Assembly (NCBI GenBank): GCA_002189035.1
Contig: NEEC01000009.1
Location: 496,001-560,000 of the forward strand
DNA: 64,000 nucleotides
DNA from: Utricularia gibba
Lineage: Eukaryota > Plantae > Magnoliophyta
Reading direction: 5' to 3'
A program made the translations under genes and the position numbers. The notes beneath the pieces were generated by a model. The model saw nothing but the letters and a program-made list of their open reading frames with translations, made no database searches and was not told the DNA's origin. Positions 23,130 through 37,666 of the stretch are shown in pieces; within the stretch, counting starts at the first letter, position 1, and every line of letters starts with the position of its first letter.

Positions 23130-23402
23130 CTTCCCCTGCATCTCTAGAAATATAAAGTAAAAGGGAAAACTTGTGTTGCTTTTACACCATTGTTTAAGGT
23201 GTTTAAGGTGGTGCTGTTGATGGAAGAGGTTCAATTTCTTACAATAACAGTGAAAACCAGTTGATGCAAGAGGCGTAGATACCCATTGAAAGACAACAAC
23301 CATGAGCATACATCAATATAGCAACATATGTCACGATTACAATTAAAAAAGGGAACCCCAGATGAGGAAACTATCAGTCAAGTCCAAATTCGTTCTCCAG
23401 CT

Positions 23403-25879
<2,477 letters not shown>

Positions 25880-25986
25880 TTTGATTCACAAAGAAGCGAG
25901 AGCTACGTCGGAGATCCCAACAACCCGAACCGGAAACCTCCTCGCAAACTCGCTCGCCTCTGCGATCTGCATCGCCGATACATGCG

Positions 25987-26017
25987 CTTAAATAGGCGGT
26001 GACGACGTGCACGTGGC
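25987..26017 (-). promoter_or_regulatory. MIPS proximal promoter: TATA-like CCTATTTAAG and tandem ABRE/G-box
   Basis: ACGTGC at 26005-26010 overlaps CACGTGGC at 26010-26017, about 130 bp upstream of the ATG. Confidence 0.65.
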
Positions 26018-26195
26018 GCTCCCTCATTGGCCATCCTTCTACCGGTGCCCCGCCATGCAAAGTATTTCGCACTTCGAGAAACCAGTGGCTTCCATAATTA
26101 TTTTATTTTAAAAAAGGGAAATTGGTTTGTGGGCCCCAGTCGATCGTAAAATCCTAAAATAATTTTTTTCGAATAAAACAACAAAAAAGCACGGA

Positions 26196-26233
26196 CACGT
26201 GTGGAATGGGCTATATGGGCCTGCAGTTGGGCC
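26196..26233. promoter_or_regulatory. G-box plus three Site II (TGGGCY) elements
   Basis: CACGTG at 26196-26201; TGGGCT at 26207; TGGGCC at 26216 and 26228. Confidence 0.55.
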
Positions 26234-27592
26234 CAGTCCCGTCCACATACTCCATTATAAATGATTATCTTTATTTAGAATATTCTCTTGTCCTATGGTG
26301 CTCCTGGTGCGACTCCCGCCCACAGTCACTTTCGCTAATCTCTGCCTCTCGTGGAGCCATCGCGGTTCTTGATTACAAACCATTGCTGTCCATTCGAAGT
26401 GTCGATGGATCTTAGCTGATTTGATTGACCCTTGGTTTTCTGACCGGATCCTCAAACTAAACCTGATCTTACGATTTTATGTTTTTTTCTTTTCGATTAT
26501 AGTTGATTCGGATTCTATATAGTTAGTAATGATGATCGGTTAGAAGAAGCAGGCATGATCCTTGGCTTGGGTGGTGGTATCTGGGTCGAGGGCGTGTGGT
26601 CCTGAGGAGGGTTGATGCTGACTCAAGATAATATCTCCATGAAATTGAAAATAAGTTTATGGCTAAGCTTTGGAGCACCACACAAACTCGCCGCGCATGC
26701 CACGACAAAGAGATGCTGTTGTCGTTCACGGCTCCTCCTGGGGTGGTGCTTTTGCAGTTTGGAGGGCGTAGCTCGTCTGGTGCATCAGAGATAGACACAC
26801 TGCTTTACTGCTGCTACTGTGAAATCTGGTTGAAACTGTGATGAATCGATTGCCTTGTTTGTTATTCTGGTTGGGATGGTACAAAAAAGGGAGACCCAGA
26901 TGATTAATTTAATGGAGTTAGTCATCGGGTTCCAGAGATCCCATCAAAATTTGATTGCCACAGGAATTATTTGTGGCGGTTGTGTGTGTAGGGTTTATCT
27001 GTGGTGAAGGTTGGCCCTTTTTCCTCCTAATCATTTCCATGTGCACATAACGCTATTATTAGGGCAACAACTTGCATGATCAGTCGCTTTCTATCTCGAG
27101 ATTGCAAGAGGAGGTTCAAGGGCTTTCTTTTCCTTTGTTTTAGATATCACGCTTGTGGTGGATGGTTCAAGATACCTACCGACATGTCTGACTTGGGAGA
27201 ATATTCTTGTTTGCACTGATTTTGAAGTATGGCCAAGTTGAAGCTTCTGGGTGATTCTAATAAAACGATTTTGGAGACTTGTGAACTGCATAGGCAATGC
27301 ATAAGAAGAGAGCCATTTGAGATGAATGTTAACTGCCATGGAAATGGAATATGCTTTGTCTTTAGAAGAGTAGGAAGAGGCATCACAGATGTTTCAAACA
27401 ATGAAGGACATCAACCGGGGATACAGAAGCATTCACACCCACTTTTCACAAAGCTCTAACAATTTCTTCTGCAAATAACACAATGGCACTATACACACAA
27501 AACAGCACACGCCTTTGAGGTGATCTATTGGGTTGAAATGAACAAAAACCCGTAGATTCTTTATTTTTCATGTAAGGTTGAAGATGATGGTG

Positions 27593-30500
27593 TTACTTGT
27601 TAGACCACTGGATTTCAATTTCGAGGTTCCTTGAAGGCCCGCTTTTGCTTTCAGGCAGCAGAGTGTACTCCCGGCCACTGCTCCGACCATCACCACACGA
27701 TCGATCTGGATTGTCACCTTCCCGAACGAGCTCTGCAGCGTTCAATCCACCAATGGGAGAAGTGAGTATGCAGCAAAATGGGAACAAAGTGGAAGCATGT
27801 CTGGTTTAGCGTATAGGGTGGGTACCTTTCCCATTTTGCTCTTGTTCTTGCACGAAATGTGAAGCTTCTGGCCTTTGGGCGGGCTTTCGAAGGACCAGGC
27901 GAAGCTCTCATCCCACTCTGGGTTCGGACCAGTTGATACAACCTGCAAGAGTCAGAGACATGTTCAGCAAGCTACTGGTGGTGGATCATAATCTCGGTAT
28001 TTTATTGCAACACATATTCTAGAAAGAACATCAGAACAATGCAACTCATCAACCTTGGTTTGTCTGGGGGGAGTGTTTCCGAGTGTAAGCTTGCAGTAAA
28101 CACTGGGATTTCCAACAGATTGTCTCATGTTGTTTCCTCGCTTGATTATCACGACTAGAGTGCCTGGTAGGCATTGCAGCAAGAACTCAGCTTTCTCCTG
28201 GAAGCGTGGAGGTGCGGATTGTATCAAGTACTGTAAGAGTGGAATAGCATCAGCAGCTGCGATGGATTGGGCCCGAGAAACTTCAGCAGCACAAGCCGTC
28301 CATGCTTGTCTCAGGAGGAACAGAGCATCCAATGCAGCTTCTTGAGTTGCCTCCGAACCCGTCTTGAGAGAAGTCACTAGATGAGGAATGCTTAGAGTTG
28401 CAGGTTCAGAGGCTCTGAGGCGGGGGAAGTTGCCAAATAGTGCATTCAGAGCCTTCAGATACTCTTCATTCACAGTTCCAGTAGCCCATAAATCTTTCTC
28501 GATCGCAGCTGCAAGAGGATGAGATTCAACAGTGCATTTAGAGTCAATGATTTCATACATAATCATCCATTTCTACGAGTATGAAAAATCCTTGAAGGAA
28601 AATAGAAGCATGAGTGCGGAGTTACCTGTGATTGCCCTCACGGTTTCGCTTGAAGCATATTCTTGAATGGTATTATTCGAGAAAAGAAGTTTGATGAACA
28701 TTGCTGCCTGTATTGATGTCTCAGGGTCACTGGAACCAATCAAATCCAGCACAACCTGCACCCCACCTCCTTCTGCAACTGCTCTTTTATTTGATCGACT
28801 GTACATCACAAGGTTCTGGAGAGCACATATAGCAACTACCTTCATTTCTTCAGTAGGTTGATCCTCGAGCAAATTTACAAGTGCCCGGCATGCTGAAACA
28901 GCATCTGCAGTTCGAGCAAGAGCCTCGTTTTGGAATAAGTCACCAAGTGCAAGGGTCGCTAGCAGCCTTGCTTGCTGGCCTTGTGTTTGAGGATCCAGAA
29001 GGTACTGGGAGAGTGGCAAGATAGCAGATTTTGTAGCTTTTGATTCCCGGATCTTTACATTGTTCAGTAGTACCTCAAGCAATCTCGCAGCTGTTTCCTC
29101 GCACTGATGATTCCTGAGAAGGTCAAGGAGAGCCTCAATAGCGCCACTTTCAGCCATTGCTTGCGCACTCGTAGAGTCATCACTTTCCAAAACGAGCAGT
29201 GCATTGAGTGCACCAACAATTGTACTCTCTGATCCTGATCTGAGCAACCTAACCAGCACTGCTACAGGCACTTCCAAATAAAATTCAGAACTGAACTTCA
29301 GAATGCTAGATAAAACGGAAGCAGCCGGCTCCCACAAGGCATGAGGGATTAGGGGATCAGCTTGAAGTATAACTTTGGACAATTCACTCACGCCGCCTTC
29401 TTTGGCAATGTCATTTGGCCAAGTCACTGCTAAACATACAAGAGCTCTCACGGCCCTCTGCTGCAAAACACTGATTCCAGTGCTAAGTATACGCACAAGT
29501 GGGCCAATTGCCTGCTGTGCAAGTGGATCTCTCTGAAGATGCTCCTCCAACAGAAGGTGGGATAGAAGCTCAGCAGCCAACTGCTGGACTGCTGGCGACG
29601 GGGAATCAAGCAGAGGGAGGAGGGGTTCCAATGCTTGCTGAGGTGTGGGAGTGTAATCTGCACGACATTGTGGATGCTCTAAAATATTCACAAGTACTTG
29701 CAATGAGCTGTGCTGTCCATCTGGACCATACTCAGATCTTGTCAGCAAATGGAGGAGCGGCTCAACAACTTTTGCTGCGGATGGTCCTTTAGCAATGGAT
29801 GCATTGTTAGTGAGAATTCTAAGTAACTCCGCGAATGCAGCACACAAGAAATCTGGGGCCTCTTCAAGAATGTCAAGGACACACTCTATAACGCCAGCTT
29901 TCACCATTTCAATCTTGCATACAGGCCTATCTCTACCTAACTTAACCAGAGCCCTTGATACAGCTTCATGGAGCAAATAACTTCGACCAAACAGAAGGCC
30001 TACTAGAGGGATCACAGCACTATGAGCAGCAACAAGCTCAGCCAGCTGTTCATCATCTAAAAGTTTATCCAGTGCACGAACAACAGAGAGTTGAGCCGGA
30101 CTATTCTCAATGAGTAAGAGAGAAACCAAGGGCTCGACACACCTAGCAGCTGCTACAGTAGATCTTATTCTCGTGTTGCCAAAAAGCACACAGCACAACT
30201 CAGCTGCATCACCCTTCAGCTCCAATGAATAATTTGAAGAAAGAATCCTGCATAGCACATCAATAGCATTCATCTCAATATCAACCACTACAAGAGCCTT
30301 TGATGGGTTTTCATTAAGCAGTCTAATCAGAGCAGCGATGGCTGCATGTTGCTCTTTCTCCAGACCAGTATTTAGAATTTCAACCAGAGGCTGAACGGCT
30401 TGCCTTGCAGATTCAGCATTCCTCACATGATCGGCAGAAAACAAATTTTCCAAGGCCTTTGCAGCACTGTACCTTGCTGCTCTTCCACCTAATCGAAGAA

Positions 30501-33500
30501 CAGCTATAAGTTGACTGACAGCACCAAATGCTGCATCATGTCTCCTGATCTCAGCTGTGCTAAACAGTATGCCCAGTAAATCAGTAGCAGCTTCTTCATA
30601 GGCATCTTGAGGGCCAAGAGATAGGTACTTCGTTAGACCTTCCAACGCCCCGGATTCCACCATAGCAACTTGATTTGAAGGGCAATCTGCAGCTATCTGT
30701 ATTAGTAGTCCCAAAGCAAGAAATGGGGCTCCAGGGCGATCAGGAATAGGTTTAAGCAGATCAACCAAAGCTGGTATAGCTTTCCTGGAGGTAGCACCAA
30801 GCCTGATGTCATCAACCCGAAACATTCGTTCAAGAGCAACTTGATCAGGGTAACGAATCAAACCAAATTCATCAGCTAACTCTAGAAGGTCTTGTATGTC
30901 TTCATCAGCACACCCAAGCAATGAAATGAGTCCCACTGCAGCTCCTGAATTCGCAACAGATAGAAGAGTACCCCTGCTACCATTACAGATAAGACTTGCC
31001 ACAGCTTGAGCAGCAAAATATCTATTTGCACTGTCATCTGATTTCAGCAAACTAGTCAATACAGGAATGGTTTTGATGGCGGAATTCGATCTTATAATAT
31101 CTCGACTCTGAAATAAAACTGCTAGCAATAAAGCACATATCCACACGCTCCTGTCTTCTTTATAATCAGCCTGAAGAGAGATTTTTAGAGAAGAACCAAT
31201 GTGATCAGACATACTACAATGTGCTAGTAAATTAGGTTTTAAAAAGAAATGGCATGCTAAAGCTTAGCACTGAAGAAACCAAATAAGCAAAAAATTACCA
31301 GGGAATACTGCATCAATGATAGAGAAACTTTTTCAGTGAGAACTTCGATTCCCCCAGCCTCCATGATCTCAACCTTACTTCTGTCGTCATGACATGCTAA
31401 GGAAGAGAGGAGCCACACAATGATGTCGGCTCCACGAATGACAGATGTGCATCTTTCCATGCTTCCTTGTTTTGCATCCTCCTCACTCAATCTGCATAAG
31501 CTTACAGCATCCCTCCAGCCATTGTCCCAACTTCCAAGGGTTCAGTAATGGGTAAAATCCCAACAAGAGAATGTAGGAGCGATGCACACAAATTGGACTG
31601 ATTTAAATCTTCAACCACCCTGTGGCGATTAACGTTGGCGGTGCAGACAAGAAGTGCCGCCCCACCAATTTTGATTGACAAATCAGAGGATAAAATTATC
31701 CTTCTTGCAATAGAAGAGATGCAGTCAGTGGAACATGATATTGTTTCACCAAGAATTTTGGGCTGAGCCTGGGAGAGCCTAGATAGGATTTCTATAGCCT
31801 TATCCTGCAAGGGAGGTGAGGCATCAGGAATACATGAAACTATTGGGGTAATACTGCTGGGATATTCAGCGAGAGCGGTCCAAGCAGGTTTCACATTCCC
31901 AATATTTCCACTTGGTCTCGAGAGAACAGCAAGAGCATCTAATGCCTCAGATGCAGAGATTGACACGCTATCAGCAGTTTCCAAGAAAGAAACGGTGGCA
32001 AGCACAGTACCTGTATGGTTTACACAGTCAATTATATCAGAATCAATTTTACGAGAACGCAGGAGCCTAGCAATTGCTGCTGATGCATGTATCTGTCCAT
32101 CCATTGATCCTTCTCGCAATACTCTTGTGGCAGGTAAGAGAATTTTTTCTACTGTAGCCTTTTCAGAAGCTTCACTGTCTAAAAGGAGATTGGCCAAGGC
32201 ACAGATTGCCTGCTCTGCCACCTTCAGGATTCCAGAGTTGGCTAGAAGTACCAACAATGGAAGAGCTTCCAGACAAAGAACTGCCACATCACGATTCTCT
32301 TTAACAGATAGAAAGATAGCAGCAAGGCACCGAGATGCTTCAACTAAAATGTTCTCAGTTTCAACATTCAAGAGGTTGATGATAGCCTCAAAAGTGTTGA
32401 CAGCTATGAAAGTTTCCCGCAAGTCCTTCCTCAAATGAAAAATACCAGCGAGAGCAAGGGCAGACTTCGCTTGAGTCTCTTCATTATTAGAGCTTAAAAT
32501 TTTAATCATTGTTTCAATAGCATCATTTTCAGCACTTCCTTCTCGTAGTAAATCGTGCAGAGGCGCCACACAAAGCAGGCTTTTCAGGGCATCCAATACA
32601 TACACTTTGGACTCAGGCAAATCACTGATCAATAATGCAGTGAGCTGGCTGATAGTAGCCGTATCTGATTTGTGAATCAGATGATTTAATGTCTTCGCAG
32701 CAATTTGCTTCCCATTCACACTTCCATTCTTCAGCAGCCAGAGTAATGCTGGAACCGCATCTGCACTTTCAACACATGCACGTATATCCTCACTGTGATT
32801 ACAGAGGTTTCCAAGGATCGTTGCAGAATCTTCTTTAGCTTTCGCTGAGCCAGTTTCAAGAATTTGAACAAGAGGGGGAATACCACCCGCAGCAGTTATT
32901 GCCCATTTGCTATCATCGTTTTCAAGGGACAGAAGACAAAGTAGTGCAACAGCATTCTCTTGCTGTTGTTCAGATGACAGGCCAAGAAGGGATATTAGAA
33001 GTTGTATCCCCTCACGACCTTGAAGGGCTTGCCACAGGGTACCTTCATCATTGCAGAGAAAGAGGAGTGGTCTTAGTAACTCTTCCTGAACATCATTCGG
33101 TGCCATTGTAATCAAACCAACAAGAAGTCTCTTTGCATCAGAATATGCCAGTTTGCTTGCTAGTATATCATTTCCGTACAAACTAGCAAGAGCTTCAATT
33201 GTCCTCTCCTGGACCAAAAAGGTTAATTGGGGCTTGAACTGCTGGATAAGTGTTTTTTCCACTTCAAGAGGATCAGATGCTCGAGCAGATTCTGCCTTGC
33301 TATCATATATCATTAAAGCAGATGCTAGTGCCCCTAATGTGTCGGCAATTTGAGCAGGAGACGTGCAAGATCCAAGACTTTTACCAAGACTAGATATGAC
33401 ATAAGACAAGCCTCCTGATATGTTTGCAAGTGCACACATTGCATTCTCTTGCAAAGCTTGGGCAAATTCACCCTGCATGAATTCTTTTGAAGGAGCTATT

Positions 33501-34637
33501 GTAGCGTTTATCAGAATCGGAATACCATTACTGCTAGTAATCTCACGCTTGGCTTCTTTGCACTGTGCTGAAAGAGACTTAAGAGCAGCTGCAGCCTCTG
33601 CTCTGACAGAGGCTTCATTTCCAGGACCAATAAGCTTAAGGAGCACTTTAGTAGCCTCAGCAGACAAAATACTGGAACAAACAGATGGGTCCTCCATAAT
33701 CATGCAAGCCAGTAGAAAACATACATTTTCTTGAGTACTTGCTTGGCCTATCATCAGCAATTTGATTAGTATATCAACCCCCCAGCGTGGACAGTTGCAG
33801 GCCAAAAACCCTCGGTGCTGCTACAAAGATTCCTCAATGTTCCTGTCAGCAGGTCATCAATCACGTTACCAGACTTAAGCCCCTTCTCCAGCTGTTTCCA
33901 TAGTACGGGGACAACACCTTCTGTTGAGAAGATTTTGGATCCAACGTGATCCTTAGTTCCACCCTGGGATACAGCATGTATGGTCTTCGCAGCCGCCATC
34001 TGACCTTCAGTTGAGCTAGACTTGAGAAGACCAAGAAGAGGAGGGATGCAACCACCAAGTAAAACTTTAACTCGCAATTCATTTTCTTGGCACAAGGAGC
34101 CCAAAACACTGGCAGCCTGCATCTTGATCCCAAGTGATCCAGACCGAAGAAGTGATACAAGAACAGGAACTGCTTGAGAATGTGATCCTACAGCACCAAA
34201 GGCATTTTCCCGGGTAACAATTAGGTCATGTAGCTGCCTCAATGAACTTTCTTTTTCTTGTGTTGAAGTAGAACCCTGGCGAAGTTGCTCGACACATTGT
34301 GCAACACTTGCCAACGTGCCATCTGGATCCTCCATGCTAGCCCTATCTCTGCATGTGAAGAGCCATTAAAACAAGGGTTAGGGGATTTTCTCCTCGTAAA
34401 CCAAAGTTAGTGTGTTCACCTTTTACATCAGAGAGGCATACAATGCGATCAAAATAGAAGTCAACATGTGATACAGCATGGAATTAAATGTGCTTAGTTG
34501 CGTCCATAATATTATAAAATAAAAGTACACAAAACAAATTTCAAAGTCGGGAATGTGCAAACCTTGAAGAATGCTTTACTGTGATATGGGGGGTTGGAGG
34601 TTCTGGTTCACGAGATTTAGCCTCCCCATTTCTCTCC
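27593..34637 (-). CDS. CSI1: CELLULOSE SYNTHASE INTERACTIVE 1 (ARM repeats + C-terminal C2 domain); three apparent 1-nt deletions; first coding exon not located
   Basis: Exons approx. 34637-34563, 34348-31299, 31170-28626, 28508-28054, 27942-27826, 27732-27593. Near-continuous similarity to CSI1/POM2 from [14 protein letters not shown] to [11 protein letters not shown]. Frameshifts at 33778-33783, 31526-31528 and 27670-27672. Confidence 0.95.
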
Positions 34638-36238
34638 TACAGAAACATAGGTTGTTAAATACTTAGAGGACTTTAACTGATTGATTGGTTTTAATCAGCA
34701 TATGATAGACAATAATATCTATGAAGAAAGAAAATTAAAGAAGGAAAGAGTATATGCAAATGCTGCTATTATTCGAATGTTCTGATATATGCAATTTTAT
34801 GGAAAATCCACTGCAGAGTATAATTTGAACCTCATAAGATATTCTTAATTCAGAAATATAAGAGAAACGACTGATATCCAAGGCACTCTTTGACAACGGC
34901 AATTCTCACACACTTTGGGGAAAAACTCTGGCACACATGAAAACAGATGCAGTGCTTGAAGAGTAGAAAAGCTGACTGGAAAAAAAAACAAGCACTAATT
35001 TGAAACGGACCATACCAATGTATTTGGTGAAAGACCATTTCCATTAGGAGCAGAAAGTCTCCAATCTACCGTAGTTGCCATGTCTGTGATTAGTCCAGAG
35101 TTATCTTTGGATCGTCTGTTTCTAGATGCAGCAGAGAGCTATCATAGCCGTCCTTCTTCTAAATAAGAGACGTCAAATTCAAGTCAAACAGTTTAAGCTG
35201 CGAGCGCTCTGCACAGTGGAAACAATACAGTACAAGCCTAACTATAAAAAACCAAAATTTGAACTAAATTTGCAACTCTCCAGATCACAGTATCGATCAG
35301 AGAACCGAGGAGGAATCTGCTTGACAATTCAAAAATGATTTCTTAATTGAAGAGTGAACCCCTATTGGAAAGAAAACGAGAAAGAAGCCAAGTGCTCCCA
35401 CAAATTTAGCGTGCAATCCACGAAAAGGAGTAATCTAGCCCGGAAAAAGCACCAAATCAAATCCCCCCCCACAAGTAAATTTGCTGATCCCAAATGCAAT
35501 ACACCCACCCCGTAGAAAAGCAAAGTTCACATGTTTACTTCTAACAAAAAATAGAGCACAATTTCCCACAGAAAGAGTAAGATCCAGCATAAATCAATCC
35601 CACCTTTAATGAGACTCGACGAAGAACATCAAAATTCCATCTTCGTTCACACCATTGCTGGTGATCCAACCAACGAAGGGCAGAATAGCACTAAAGACTG
35701 TTTTGCGGCTGGGACATGCTAATGCATCCTCCCCCGGTCTCTCTCCCCGGTAGTTTCAACAAGGCCCCAGTCCAGTGAGATGCAGATAGCGATGTGGTGA
35801 CTGACAATGGAAGAAGGTAAATTCTTCTTCTTCAATGCACCCCACTGAGCGAGGGAGGGAGAGAGCTGTGACTGTAACTAACTCTTCTGCTGGGAAATTT
35901 TGTAAAGAAGCGTTCAACAGTGGCAATGCGGCCACCGACAGACTGTTGTCCGCGGCTTCATCGGCTTCGCGGCTTCCACTTCGCCTGGCTCACCTTTCTT
36001 TTTACATTTTTTATGTATAAAAAATATCGAATTACGACTTGTTCCTCATAATATGTAAAATTTTTTTAAAAAAATAAATATAATTATACAAATTTAAGAA
36101 AAAAGATCTAAGCTATTTTACCATTACAAGCAGCCGCGTAGCCGAGCCGCTGATTGCTGGCGCCAACTAAATCGATGCCTTTCTCTTTCTTAGCTGGCGA
36201 TCAAATTCCACCAAGTTTTAGGTCAATAAACCCTACTA

Positions 36239-36335
36239 AATAAAAACAAAATAAATAGAATAAAGTAAAATAAAAATAGAATAAAATAAAATAGAATACA
36301 ATAATATAATAAAATATAGAATAAAATAAAACACC
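36239..36335. repeat. Degenerate (AATAA/AATAG)n simple repeat
   Basis: Sequence reads aaataaaaacaaaataaatagaataaagtaaaataaaaatagaataaaataaaatagaata... Confidence 0.7.
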
Positions 36336-37666
36336 ATAATTAAAAAAGGAATCTTTGTTACGACATTATTAATTACATATTTTAGAACCAAAATAATGCG
36401 AAATCGGGCCTCTCAAGTCAAAAGACTCGAGAGCCGTTGATGATGAATGTGGATGAAAGTCATATTTATAATTTTGTGTGGACTGAAAAATAATAATAAA
36501 AAGTTGAAGGTAAGTGAGCTGTAAATTTTTCAATGTATGGGCCGGGCCACACGTATGAGTTGGCAGGCGGACTGGGCTGTAGCCGAGCCCATCTTTAGTC
36601 GATGGCTGTACGATGGCGGTGTGGTACGTTGCAGATTTTGGTTCTATGGTTAGATTGTTCCAAGCTCCAATCAGTGTTGCACTAGCTCCTTTCAAGAGGC
36701 ACCGATGGGCAAAGAAAAATGTAAGTGCATGTTCTATATAAATTTTTATCAAATAAATTCTATTTCTACTTAAAAAAAAAAAGAAGTAATTTGTTTATAA
36801 AGCAATACTTCATTCTTCTCTTATTTTTACTTCCCAATCTTCTTCTCCTTTCTTTTTTTATTTCTTTAAGAAATGAGAAGTAACACCAGAATTACTTCTC
36901 GTTCTCCTTCTTTTTAATAAATTCTCATTTTAGGAGAAGTATAACTTATTATAAAAAGTTATGCAGAACAAACTCTAAGACATTCTTTTTGAATTATGCC
37001 TGTCTATGATCTAGGAACTACATGCAGGTAGTACTGCAGTGTTTCCTGCCTCATCATCGTTGATCCGGGTAAAAAGCTTGATCTTTTTGCATGTGGTTTA
37101 GTAGTGGCTTCCATTAGTATGATCTTGTATTTAGGATTGGGATTATCCCAAATACAAGACAAATATAATAAATGCAAAAAGATCGATGTGGCCCAGCCAA
37201 GACAGTGGATACGGCCCATCCTGCACTGTCTAACATGGCATGGAACGTCACTGATTCCGTTCGCAAATGCCAGGTTTCATGATCTTTCATCACTTCCTCT
37301 TCCTGGGTGGTGGCTCTGCTGTTCCAGAGCTTTTTGCACCTTGTTACCACTTGTGTGTTTTCTCTTGTTTCTTCTTCATTGCCATCAGTCATGAGCACGA
37401 TATTCCAGAGGAAGTTAGGTGGCGAAAGAACCAAAAAATTAAAGAATGAAAAAACTAACCTCTTCTTTACTTTGCATTGCCTGAGTGAGATCCGTGACAC
37501 GGAATGGAGCCTTCTGTAAGAGGGGAGGCTAATCAAGGTTGAAGCCTCTAAACGTGGTTGGTCAGATTAACAGGACTGCAGTTAGTCTCCAATGTTCAGT
37601 CACCCTTGAAAAGGGAGCAAAAGGAGTCGGCTCCACTGGTTCAAGTATCCAGTATGGCATCATCTT

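Noticed and set aside
27593-34637. Programmed ribosomal frameshifting as the explanation for split ORFs
   Set aside because: There are no slippery heptamer plus structure signals, homologues are uninterrupted, and the indels track homopolymers across unrelated genes.
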